Assembly (NCBI GenBank): GCA_963793275.1
Contig: CAWBZL010000002.1
Coordinates: forward strand, 101,590 to 165,589
DNA length: 64,000 bases
Reading direction: 5' to 3'
Source: an uncultured Flavobacteriaceae bacterium
GTDB taxonomy: Bacteria; Bacteroidota; Bacteroidia; Flavobacteriales; Flavobacteriaceae
Part shown: in pieces, positions 30,575 to 38,808 of the stretch
Numbering within the stretch: the stretch's first letter is position 1
Layout of the letters: every line of letters begins with the position of its first letter
Notes under the pieces: generated by a model
Seen by the model: only the letters and a program-made list of their open reading frames with translations
Database searches by the model: none
Told to the model about the DNA's origin: nothing
Made by a program: the position numbers and the translations under genes

Positions 30575-30754
30575 CGAAAGGTCTGTAACGCAGATGATAG
30601 TATCAAGCGGGTCTTGTTGTGTGTTTCGGTATAGCACCATTGCATACGGCGTTGCAACTAGTATTGCGAACGTATGTGCAACTTGACTTGAAGGTTTTGC
30701 TGTTTTCCAAAAAATAGCGGCAATCGTTTCGTGGGTTCGAATCCCACTCCCGCC
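30575..30754 (+). ncRNA. structured spacer ending in a canonical tRNA T-arm plus acceptor-3'-like tail, with no matching 5' half
   Basis: gtggg-ttcgaat-cccac at 30730-30746 followed by tcccgcc. Upstream contains the palindrome gttgcaac and hairpins, but no complementary acceptor 5' strand. Confidence 0.2.
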
Positions 30755-30756
30755 CA

Positions 30757-30840
30757 AGCAGGGATAGCGTAGTGGTTAACGCACCAGATAAAGGATCTGG
30801 CAAACGAGAGCAGATGTCGCGGGTTCGACTCCCGCTCCCA
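30757..30840 (+). ncRNA. class II tRNA-like unit (Leu-like, anticodon region AAG) with a 5-nt anticodon loop and a mismatched acceptor
   Basis: U8A9, D-arm gcgt-agtggtta-acgc, long variable region and canonical T-arm gcggg-ttcgact-cccgc. The anticodon hairpin ccagat-aaagg-atctgg has no U33, and only 4 of 7 acceptor pairs form. Confidence 0.25.
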
Positions 30841-30847
30841 ATGTAAA

Positions 30848-30920
30848 TTGGGGTAGCTCAGTTGGTAGAGCACTGCACTTTTAATGCAGGTAATGGACTC
30901 AAAATCCATCATCGTAAAGA
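30848..30920 (+). ncRNA. second tRNA-Lys(TTT)-like unit: canonical 5' two-thirds fused to a non-tRNA 3' end
   Basis: ggggtagctcagttggtagagcactgcacttttaatgcag is a textbook Lys 5' half. Downstream has hairpin atgga-ctcaaaa-tccat (non-TpsiC loop) and 3' strand catcgta that does not pair. Confidence 0.3.
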
Positions 30921-31448
30921 AGGTCAACTTTTAAAAAAGACCACCAGCCTGTCACGCTGTTAAATTTGACAAAAATAGTATGGGAAGCGTCGGTTTAGAT
31001 TTGCTGAAACGTGAATGAAGAACACTCCTGAAAGTACCTTGAGTGGCGCCGGTGGCTAGTAAAGAATAAATTTCTTTGTGAGCATTTTGAAACCATTGAA
31101 CCTTTTTATTAGGAATCCGTACCTGGAGCCTACTAAAAGGAAGGATGTGGTTTCAACGCCTTACAAACAGGTTTTGTAACTGGTAGCCACCCCGTCACTC
31201 CGTCACTGGAAAGAGGATGTGCCCTGTACTGTTTTTAATTGAAAAGGATTGCGTTAGGGATTGAGCGTTATGTATGAGCTCTTTTTAATTGTTTGAGCAA
31301 TTAGAAAAGCGAGTAGCGAAAGCCCGACCCAGTATTGCTTGAGGTATGAAAAGCGATATTGGGAAACGCCCAAAATACAAAAGAAATACACGGTCCCCGT
31401 TACAGACTGTGTTGTTAACTGAATGTTTAATTTCTAAAACTTAAAAAA

Positions 31449-32552
31449 ATGAAAAGAGTTAGAATTAATACCGGAATGGTAGGTTTGGTCTTCAAGAGAG
31501 GAGATTACAAACGAGTAGTAACACAAGGTGTCTATTGGTTAAGCTTTGGAGAGCGTGTTGTAAAATACAACCTTGCCGAAGCCATGCGCAAGGCACCCGT
31601 AGCATTAGAAATTCTTGAAAGGGACGAAGCTTTGGTGGCCCTTTGGCACCAGGTAGATGTTTTGGATACAGAATTGGTCATCGTTTATAAGAACGGCCAA
31701 TACAACCAGATATTAACAGCTGGAAGATATGTATTCTGGAAAGGGTTGATAGACTACAGCTTTACACGTGTAGACCTTACAAAGATCTATATCACGGAAG
31801 CGATTGATACGTCACTTTTTGCCAAATTAGAATTGGCCAAGTATATCCGTTCTTTTGAAGTGGCAACATCTGAAAAAGCGGTGCTTTTAGTAGACGATGT
31901 TTATGTGAAAACCTTAACCGGTGGTACGTACCGCTTCTGGAGAAATGAAACCACTATTAAAATTGCAAAAGCAGATATGCGACAATTGCAATTGGAAGTA
32001 GCTGGACAGGAATTGTTAACCAAGGATAAAGCGGCAATCCGTATCAACTTTTACGCGCAGTATAAAGTAAGCAATGTGGAGCGAGCGCTCTTGGAAAATA
32101 AGGACTACGAGAAGCAATTATACGTGGCTATGCAGTTGGCGTTACGTGCGTATGTAGGTACGTATACTTTAGACGAACTTTTGGAAAACAAATCACAAAT
32201 CGCGAACGCTGTGTTTGAAGACACAAAGACAGCCGCAGATAAATTGGGTGTTACGGTAGTATACTGTGGAATCCGGGATGTGATCTTAACCGGGGAAATG
32301 AAGGACATCATGAACCAGGTGTTGGTTGCACAAAAGAAAGCTCAGGCTAATGTAATTACAAGACGTGAAGAAACAGCTTTGACCAGAAGCTTGTTGAATA
32401 CCGCCAAATTAATGGAGGACAATACCATGCTTTACAAATTGAAAGAGATGGAATACGTAGAGAAAATTGCCGACAAGATTGGCGAGATCACCGTTTCCGG
32501 AAACGGAAACATGGTGAAACAATTAACCGAAATTTTTGCGGTGAGCAAATAG
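31449..32552 (+). CDS. SPFH/Band 7 (stomatin/prohibitin-like) domain protein
   Basis: 367 aa. The C-terminal half has the SPFH core and the characteristic Ala/Gln-rich coiled-coil (VLVAQKKAQANVITRREETALTRSLL). Confidence 0.7.
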   Translation: MKRVRINTGMVGLVFKRGDYKRVVTQGVYWLSFGERVVKYNLAEAMRKAPVALEILERDEALVALWHQVDVLDTELVIVYKNGQYNQILTAGRYVFWKGLIDYSFTRVDLTKIYITEAIDTSLFAKLELAKYIRSFEVATSEKAVLLVDDVYVKTLTGGTYRFWRNETTIKIAKADMRQLQLEVAGQELLTKDKAAIRINFYAQYKVSNVERALLENKDYEKQLYVAMQLALRAYVGTYTLDELLENKSQIANAVFEDTKTAADKLGVTVVYCGIRDVILTGEMKDIMNQVLVAQKKAQANVITRREETALTRSLLNTAKLMEDNTMLYKLKEMEYVEKIADKIGEITVSGNGNMVKQLTEIFAVSK

Positions 32553-32582
32553 TGCCTTAACGGTAGGTGCAAGCACTGGGAG

Positions 32583-32768
32583 TTATATAACTTCTGGTGC
32601 TTTTTTTATGGTTGTAAGTCCCATTTCTAAAAATCTGGATTGGCGCTCATAAGCTGTCATATCCAAGCAGGGACAACGGTTGCAACGTTTATGTTCTCCC
32701 TTTTTGATGTATTTATCACAGCATTTGGTTTTGATACCTTCTTTCTTCTTTTTGTTTTTCTTTCCCAT
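32583..32768 (-). CDS. hypothetical small Lys/Cys-rich protein (61 aa)
   Basis: The ORF overlaps the stop of the upstream deacetylase gene by 1 nt. It has a CC...CxxCxC cluster suggesting a zinc ribbon. No homology can be asserted. Confidence 0.3.
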   Translation of the reverse strand: MGKKNKKKKEGIKTKCCDKYIKKGEHKRCNRCPCLDMTAYERQSRFLEMGLTTIKKAPEVI

Positions 32769-33670
32769 TAAAAGAAAATTTCTTGTGCCATTTTATAAGT
32801 ATTTGCGTGGGCCTCAATGATTACATCAATAGCTGGAGAGTAGCCACCACCCATACTTACCTGTACTGGAATGTTGTGTTCTTTACAGGTTTCAAAAACA
32901 AAACGGTCACGGGCTTTACAGCCTTCAATCGTACAAGACAATCTCCCCAATTTATCTCCTTTCAGAATATCTACCCCGCTCAAGTAAAAGATGAAATCAG
33001 GTTGTACTTTTTTAATGAGTTTGGGGAGGGTATTTTTTAAAATCTCAAGATATGCTGCATCTTCTGTACCGTCGTCCAGCCCAATATCCAGATCACTCTG
33101 TTCTTTTTTAAACGGATAGTTTTTCGCTCCGTGCATGGAGAAAGTGAATACATTTGGATTATTCTCAAAAATCTTTGCAGTGCCGTTACCTTGATGTACA
33201 TCTAAATCGACGATGAGAATTTTGGATGCTTTCCGAGTGTCCAATAAATACTGTGCTGCCACGGCTTGATCGTTCAACAAACAAAAAGCTTCGCCACGGT
33301 CTGCATAGGCGTGGTGCGTTCCACCGGCAATGTTTAGCGCAACACGATTTTCTATAGCATATTCGCAGCCTTGTATCGTTCCGCCAATAATATAATGCCC
33401 ACGATTCACTAAATCGGCGCGTAGGGGAAACCCGATTTTTCGTATTTCTTTTTTGTCTAATTCAAGTTTCAGTAAGCGGTTGTAATAGTCCTGTGTATGG
33501 ACTTTGGTAATAATTTCTGCTGAAACTTTTTTGGGTGTAAAGAAGTTTTCTTTGGTACAGATCCCGTATTTTAGAAGATATTCCGGGAGTAAATTATATT
33601 TCGCCATGGGGAACCGATGGCCTTCAGGTAGCGAATATTTATAAATGGGATGGTAGGCGATTTTGAGCAT
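32768..33670 (-). CDS. histone deacetylase-family protein (arginase/deacetylase fold)
   Basis: 300 aa with HDAC-family motifs (GGTHHAYADRGEAFC, DLDVHQGNGT, GGGY). Confidence 0.8.
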   Translation of the reverse strand: MLKIAYHPIYKYSLPEGHRFPMAKYNLLPEYLLKYGICTKENFFTPKKVSAEIITKVHTQDYYNRLLKLELDKKEIRKIGFPLRADLVNRGHYIIGGTIQGCEYAIENRVALNIAGGTHHAYADRGEAFCLLNDQAVAAQYLLDTRKASKILIVDLDVHQGNGTAKIFENNPNVFTFSMHGAKNYPFKKEQSDLDIGLDDGTEDAAYLEILKNTLPKLIKKVQPDFIFYLSGVDILKGDKLGRLSCTIEGCKARDRFVFETCKEHNIPVQVSMGGGYSPAIDVIIEAHANTYKMAQEIFF

Positions 33671-33672
33671 GT

Positions 33673-35790
33673 TTATTTGCCTAATTTTAATTGAATGCGT
33701 TTTCTCGGTACATCCACATCCAGCACTTTTACAATAATCTGTTGCTGTAAATGCACGTGCTCGTTTACATCTTTTACAAAACTATCTGAAAGATTGGAAA
33801 CGTGAATTAGACCGCTTTCCTTAATCCCAATATCCACAAAACAACCAAAAGCTGTAATATTATTTACAATGCCCGGTAGCACCATTCCTCTAGTGAGATC
33901 TTCTATTTTTCTGATGTTTTGATTAAAAGTAAAAACTTTCGCTTTTTCACGAATATCAAGACCAGGTTTTTTCAGTTCTTTTATGATGTCTTCCAGAGTA
34001 AGCAGCCCAACATCTTCTGTAATATATTTTTCCAAAGAAATAGTCTCTAAAGCCTTTGTGTTTCCTAGTAGTTCTGAAATTTTAATGCCTTTATTCTTTG
34101 CTATTTGTTGCACAAGGTCATACCGTTCCGGATGTACAGAGGAATTATCTAACGGGTTTTCACCGGATCTAATGCGTAAAAAACCTGCGCCCTGCTCAAA
34201 TGCTTTTGCTCCCAAGCGTGGCACTTTTTTAATATCTTCTCTGGAGGTAAAAGCACCGTGTTCTTCACGATAGGCTACAATGTTTTCGGCCAATTTTTCT
34301 CCTATTCCTGAGACATAACTCAACAGCGGGACACTTGCGGTATTTACATTAATCCCAACAGAATTTACGCAGGTCTCGACCACCCGGTCCAACGAATTAT
34401 TTAATTGTGTTTGATCTACATCGTGTTGATACTGTCCCACGCCAATAAATTTAGCGTCAATTTTAACCAGTTCGGCCAAAGGATCTGAGAGTCTGCGACC
34501 AATCGAAACAGCACCCCGAACGGTAACGTCGTAATTAGGAAACTCATCCCTCGCTATTTTACTCGCCGAATAAATGGAAGCTCCTGCCTCACTCACAATA
34601 AAAACCTCTACCGGATTTTTGAAATATACTTTTTTTATGAAAGCTTCGGTTTCTCTGGATGCCGTACCGTTACCAATGGCAATGGCTTCAATTTTATACG
34701 CATCGGTTAAGGTGCTTATCTTTTTAAGGGCGCCAGTGACATCACTCTTGGGGGGATGTGGGTAGATGGTCTCATTATGCATTAAAGCGCCTTGTGCATC
34801 CAGACAAACTACTTTACAGCCACTTCTAAAGCCTGGGTCAATCGCTAGGATTCGTTTTTCGCCCAACGGCGAACCCAATAATAACTGTTTTAAATTTTTA
34901 GCGAAAATGGCAATCGCCGTTTCGTCAGCTTTCTTTTTTGCGGCAACGAGTATTTCATTGGACAAGGCAGGAAATAGTAAGCGTTTATAAGCATCTTTAA
35001 TAGCTTGTTCTATTTGGTCTGCGCACGCTCCTTGCGATTTTATAAGTTTAGAGTTCATTCGTTCTAAAGCGCGTTCTTGATCAATTTCAATTTTCACCCG
35101 TATAAAACCTTCTGTCTCGGCCCTTAGGATGGCCAATAATCTATGTGAAGGACATCGTTGTAGTGATTCGTCCCAATCGAAATAATCCCTGAATTTTTGC
35201 GCTTTTTCGTCCTCTTTTTTACTTTTTACTGCTTTGGTGCTAAGTATTGCGAAGCGTTCCAGTTGCCGACGAAGATTGTTTCTAATATCGGTACGCTCAT
35301 TAACCCACTCGGCAATGATATGCCTGGCACCTTCAAAAGCTTCTTCGGTACTTATAATATCATTAGAAATAAATCTTTGCGACACATCGTCAAGGTTGCG
35401 AGTGTTCTGAGCCATAATTATCCTGGCTAAGGGTTCTAATCCATTTTTACGAGCAGTTTCAGCCTTGGTTTTGCGTTTCTTTTTAAAGGGTAAGTAGAGA
35501 ACTTCTAGAACTGTGCTATCATTTTCTGCTGAAATTTTAGCCCGTAGCTCCTCTGTTAACTCTCCTTGTTCGTCAATTGCCTTCAGGATAGTTGCTTTTC
35601 GTTTTTCTAAAGTTTCAAATTGCTCTTTTAAGGAAACTATTTGTTCTATCTGAACCTCATCCAGATTTCCGGTGCGCTCCTTTCTATAACGCGCAATAAA
35701 CGGAATGGTACAGTCTTCAGCAAGAAGTGCAAGGGTGTTTTTAATGCTTGCTTCTGGGAGGTTAGATTGTTTTAAGATGTAGTTGAGCAT
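33673..35790 (-). CDS. Tex-like RNA-binding transcription accessory protein
   Basis: 705 aa with HhH, YqgF-like and C-terminal S1 domain arrangement typical of Tex. Confidence 0.85.
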   Translation of the reverse strand: MLNYILKQSNLPEASIKNTLALLAEDCTIPFIARYRKERTGNLDEVQIEQIVSLKEQFETLEKRKATILKAIDEQGELTEELRAKISAENDSTVLEVLYLPFKKKRKTKAETARKNGLEPLARIIMAQNTRNLDDVSQRFISNDIISTEEAFEGARHIIAEWVNERTDIRNNLRRQLERFAILSTKAVKSKKEDEKAQKFRDYFDWDESLQRCPSHRLLAILRAETEGFIRVKIEIDQERALERMNSKLIKSQGACADQIEQAIKDAYKRLLFPALSNEILVAAKKKADETAIAIFAKNLKQLLLGSPLGEKRILAIDPGFRSGCKVVCLDAQGALMHNETIYPHPPKSDVTGALKKISTLTDAYKIEAIAIGNGTASRETEAFIKKVYFKNPVEVFIVSEAGASIYSASKIARDEFPNYDVTVRGAVSIGRRLSDPLAELVKIDAKFIGVGQYQHDVDQTQLNNSLDRVVETCVNSVGINVNTASVPLLSYVSGIGEKLAENIVAYREEHGAFTSREDIKKVPRLGAKAFEQGAGFLRIRSGENPLDNSSVHPERYDLVQQIAKNKGIKISELLGNTKALETISLEKYITEDVGLLTLEDIIKELKKPGLDIREKAKVFTFNQNIRKIEDLTRGMVLPGIVNNITAFGCFVDIGIKESGLIHVSNLSDSFVKDVNEHVHLQQQIIVKVLDVDVPRKRIQLKLGK

Positions 35791-35835
35791 AGGGATAAAG
35801 CCTTTACGATTTAGAATTAAAACCTTGGGCTTTTA

Positions 35836-37929
35836 TTAATTTATTGTCGTCCCATTACCAACCCCAGCAGAATCTGGATTCACAAAGACCAATTTCCCTT
35901 GAGCATCTTCGGTCATTAAAATCATTCCCTGGCTTTCTACTCCACGTAAGGCTCTTGGCGCTAGGTTAACTAAAACGGTCACTTGTTTGCCAATGATTTC
36001 TTCAGGTGTAAAACTTTCGGCAATACCAGAGACAATCGTTCTTACATCAATGCCTGTGTCTACCTTCAAAACCAATAATTTTTTGGTCTTAGGCATTTTT
36101 TCGGCTTCCAGGATCGTGCCTACACGCATATCTAATTTGGTAAAATCGTCAAACTGTATGGTTTCTTTTTGTGCTTCGGCTTTTTTGTTCTCAGCTTCGT
36201 TCATGGTTTTACTTGCTTGTAATTTATCTATTTGTTGTTGCATTTGCTCATCTTCAATTTTACTGAAAAGGAGTTCGCTGGGATTAATTTTATAACCAGA
36301 TTTTAAAAGTGACTCTTCTTCTGAAACATGTTTCCAATCCAGCTGTACCAGATCTGCCCTCAATCTTGCCGCAGGGGTAGTACTCAAATTAAGCATCTCC
36401 TTCAATTTTGAAGAGGTAAACGGTAAAAAAGGTTCACTTAACACCGCCAGAGCAGCTGCAATTTGTAACGCAACAAACATCACGGTTTGTGTTCTGGCTT
36501 CATCTGTTTTAATAGTTTTCCATGGTTCTTCGTCTGCCAGATATTTGTTACCTAATCTGGCAACATTCATTAATTCTGTTTGTGCTTCGCGGAAACGATA
36601 GCGTTCTATCGAGCTTTCGATCACCGCTGGATACGCTTTTAACTCTTTCAAAGTTTGCTCGTCTATTTCGGAAAATGCTGGAGGTTCCGGCACCACCCCA
36701 TCATAATATTTATGGGTTAACACGGTAACCCGGTTTATAAAATTTCCGAAGATAGCCACCAACTCACTGTTATTTCGCTGTTGGAAATCGGCCCAGGTAA
36801 AGTCGTTATCTTTTGTTTCCGGGGCATTGGCAGTGAGCACATAACGTAAAACATCCTGCTGATTAGGAAATTCTTCCAAATACTCGTGCAACCATACCGC
36901 CCAGTTTTTACTGGTTGAAATTTTATTTCCTTCCAGGTTTAAAAATTCGTTAGCCGGAACGTTGGTTGGCATAATGTAACTCCCGTCTGCCTTAAGCATA
37001 CTTGGAAAAATAATACAATGAAAAACAATATTATCCTTTCCTATAAAATGAAGCAATTTGGTGTCGTCACTTTTCCAATATGGCTCCCAATCTTTTCCTT
37101 CGCGCTCTGCCCATTCTTTGGTGGCAGAAATGTAACCAATAGGCGCATCGAACCAAACATATAGTACTTTTCCCTCTGCTCCTTCAACAGGTACAGGGAT
37201 GCCCCAATCCAGATCTCTGGTGACGGCACGCGGGCGTAACCCATCGTCTATCCACGATTTACATTGACCGTAGACATTGGTTTTCCAGTCTTTTTTATGC
37301 TCTTTTAGGATCCATTCTTTTAAAAATGGCTCGTATTGATCCAGCGGTAAAAACCAGTGCTTTGTTTCTTTTAGGACAGGTTTGTTACCTGAAATAGCAC
37401 TTTTTGGGTTGATCAGATCTGTTGCGTTATGAGAGGTTCCGCAGTTTTCACATTGGTCACCATAGCTTTCTTCAAAGCCACATTTTGGACAGGTTCCTAC
37501 AATAAAACGATCTGCTAAAAACTGATTCGCTTCTTCGTCATACAATTGTTCTGTTACCTCTTCAATGAACTTTCCTTCATCGTATAATTTCTTGAAAAAT
37601 GTGGAAGCTGTATCGTGATGCACTTTTGCTGAAGTCCTTGAATAGTTATCGAAAGTTATTCCGAAGTCTTCAAAACTTTGTTTGATAATGGCGTGGTATT
37701 TATCTACTACTTCTTGCGGGGTAATACCTTCTTTTTTTGCTTTAATGGTAATAGGTACACCGTGCTCATCACTTCCGCAGACAAAAGCTACATCCTTCCC
37801 TTGAAGGCGTTGAAAGCGTGCATAAATATCGGCAGGAACATAGACACCTGCTAAATGTCCAATATGAACGGGACCGTTGGTGTATGGAAGTGCGGCGGTG
37901 ATGGTAAAACGTTTCGGATCTTGAGTCAT
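35836..37929 (-). CDS. metG: methionyl-tRNA synthetase
   Basis: HIGH motif (PVHIGHLAG), KMSKS-region, zinc knuckle (CPKCG...CENCG) and C-terminal tRNA-binding domain. The start was placed at the Met preceding [10 protein letters not shown] rather than the longest ORF (37971). Confidence 0.9.
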   Translation of the reverse strand: MTQDPKRFTITAALPYTNGPVHIGHLAGVYVPADIYARFQRLQGKDVAFVCGSDEHGVPITIKAKKEGITPQEVVDKYHAIIKQSFEDFGITFDNYSRTSAKVHHDTASTFFKKLYDEGKFIEEVTEQLYDEEANQFLADRFIVGTCPKCGFEESYGDQCENCGTSHNATDLINPKSAISGNKPVLKETKHWFLPLDQYEPFLKEWILKEHKKDWKTNVYGQCKSWIDDGLRPRAVTRDLDWGIPVPVEGAEGKVLYVWFDAPIGYISATKEWAEREGKDWEPYWKSDDTKLLHFIGKDNIVFHCIIFPSMLKADGSYIMPTNVPANEFLNLEGNKISTSKNWAVWLHEYLEEFPNQQDVLRYVLTANAPETKDNDFTWADFQQRNNSELVAIFGNFINRVTVLTHKYYDGVVPEPPAFSEIDEQTLKELKAYPAVIESSIERYRFREAQTELMNVARLGNKYLADEEPWKTIKTDEARTQTVMFVALQIAAALAVLSEPFLPFTSSKLKEMLNLSTTPAARLRADLVQLDWKHVSEEESLLKSGYKINPSELLFSKIEDEQMQQQIDKLQASKTMNEAENKKAEAQKETIQFDDFTKLDMRVGTILEAEKMPKTKKLLVLKVDTGIDVRTIVSGIAESFTPEEIIGKQVTVLVNLAPRALRGVESQGMILMTEDAQGKLVFVNPDSAGVGNGTTIN

Positions 37930-38066
37930 AGGTAGCAAAATAAAGGCTTCGAATGGTGCAAAAATAAACAATTCAAATGCTTTATAGATGCGGATTAAAA
38001 CAAAAAACCTTCCATAAAGAAAGGCTTTATAAGCAAAAAGTATCGTATGAATTTTAAAATTACTAT

Positions 38067-38705
38067 TTAAGACGAAATAAATAGTACTTCTCCATCTACC
38101 AACACATAAATTTCATCTTTTTCAGAAGGCGTTAGTATATATTTTCCGGTAAAACTCCCAAAGGCGGGGAAAATTAGTTGTTTTTCAGTTTTATAGAAAC
38201 AGGCAACTCTTACTGTTTGCCTGCCAACACCTTGTAACTTTACACCCGGATGAATATGGCCACAAAAATTGAAATACGCATCCAATTCTGTTGGGTGATG
38301 TGTTAACAGAAATTTTTCGAGTATAAGTTCTTTATAGATTTGAACTCCTAACGCTTCAAATAAGTATTGCGGAATGATATCGTGATTCCCTGAAATTAAA
38401 ATAACCTGCGCTGAGGTATAGTCTACCCACTTTGCAAAATCGCTCCACTCACTATTTAAGTTACTGTGAAAAAGATCGCCTAAAAAACAAACCGTCTGTG
38501 GCTGAAAGTGATTTACAACACCCGTTAATTTTTCTAAATTTTCATAAGCAACGTGTGCAGGAATTGCGGCTCCGTGTTTTCTGAAATGCGTCACTTTTCC
38601 TAAGTGTACATCGGCGATGAGTAGCATTGATTTTTGTTCCCAAAATATTGCTCCGCTGGGGTGGAGGATGAAGTTTTGATCGTTTATGGAAATGGTTTGG
38701 GACAT
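38067..38705 (-). CDS. pdeM: ligase-associated DNA damage response endonuclease PdeM (metallophosphoesterase)
   Basis: 212 aa calcineurin-like phosphoesterase (DVHLGK, GDLFH, GNHD). It is the last gene of the ligase-Lhr operon. Confidence 0.75.
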   Translation of the reverse strand: MSQTISINDQNFILHPSGAIFWEQKSMLLIADVHLGKVTHFRKHGAAIPAHVAYENLEKLTGVVNHFQPQTVCFLGDLFHSNLNSEWSDFAKWVDYTSAQVILISGNHDIIPQYLFEALGVQIYKELILEKFLLTHHPTELDAYFNFCGHIHPGVKLQGVGRQTVRVACFYKTEKQLIFPAFGSFTGKYILTPSEKDEIYVLVDGEVLFISS

Positions 38706-38808
38706 CAGACTGCAAAAATACAGCTTTAGTCATTTCGACGCAGGAGAAACCACATAACAATGACTACTATATTATTTTAATAAGGATTATAACAGTTGAA
38801 ATTATTCA

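Noticed and set aside
30357-30927. Five minus/plus-strand ORFs of 66-89 aa inside the tRNA array
   Set aside because: They lie entirely within tRNA and tRNA-like sequence. Their GC-rich stem regions give chance open frames, and they have no coding character.
30036-31448. Possible RNase P RNA, tmRNA or SRP RNA near the tRNA array
   Set aside because: I looked for hallmark motifs (GGAAAGUCCGGGCUCC/ACAGNRA for RNase P, the tmRNA GGGGCUGA start and tRNA-like 3' end, the SRP GGAA-AGCAG helix-8 motif). None is present.
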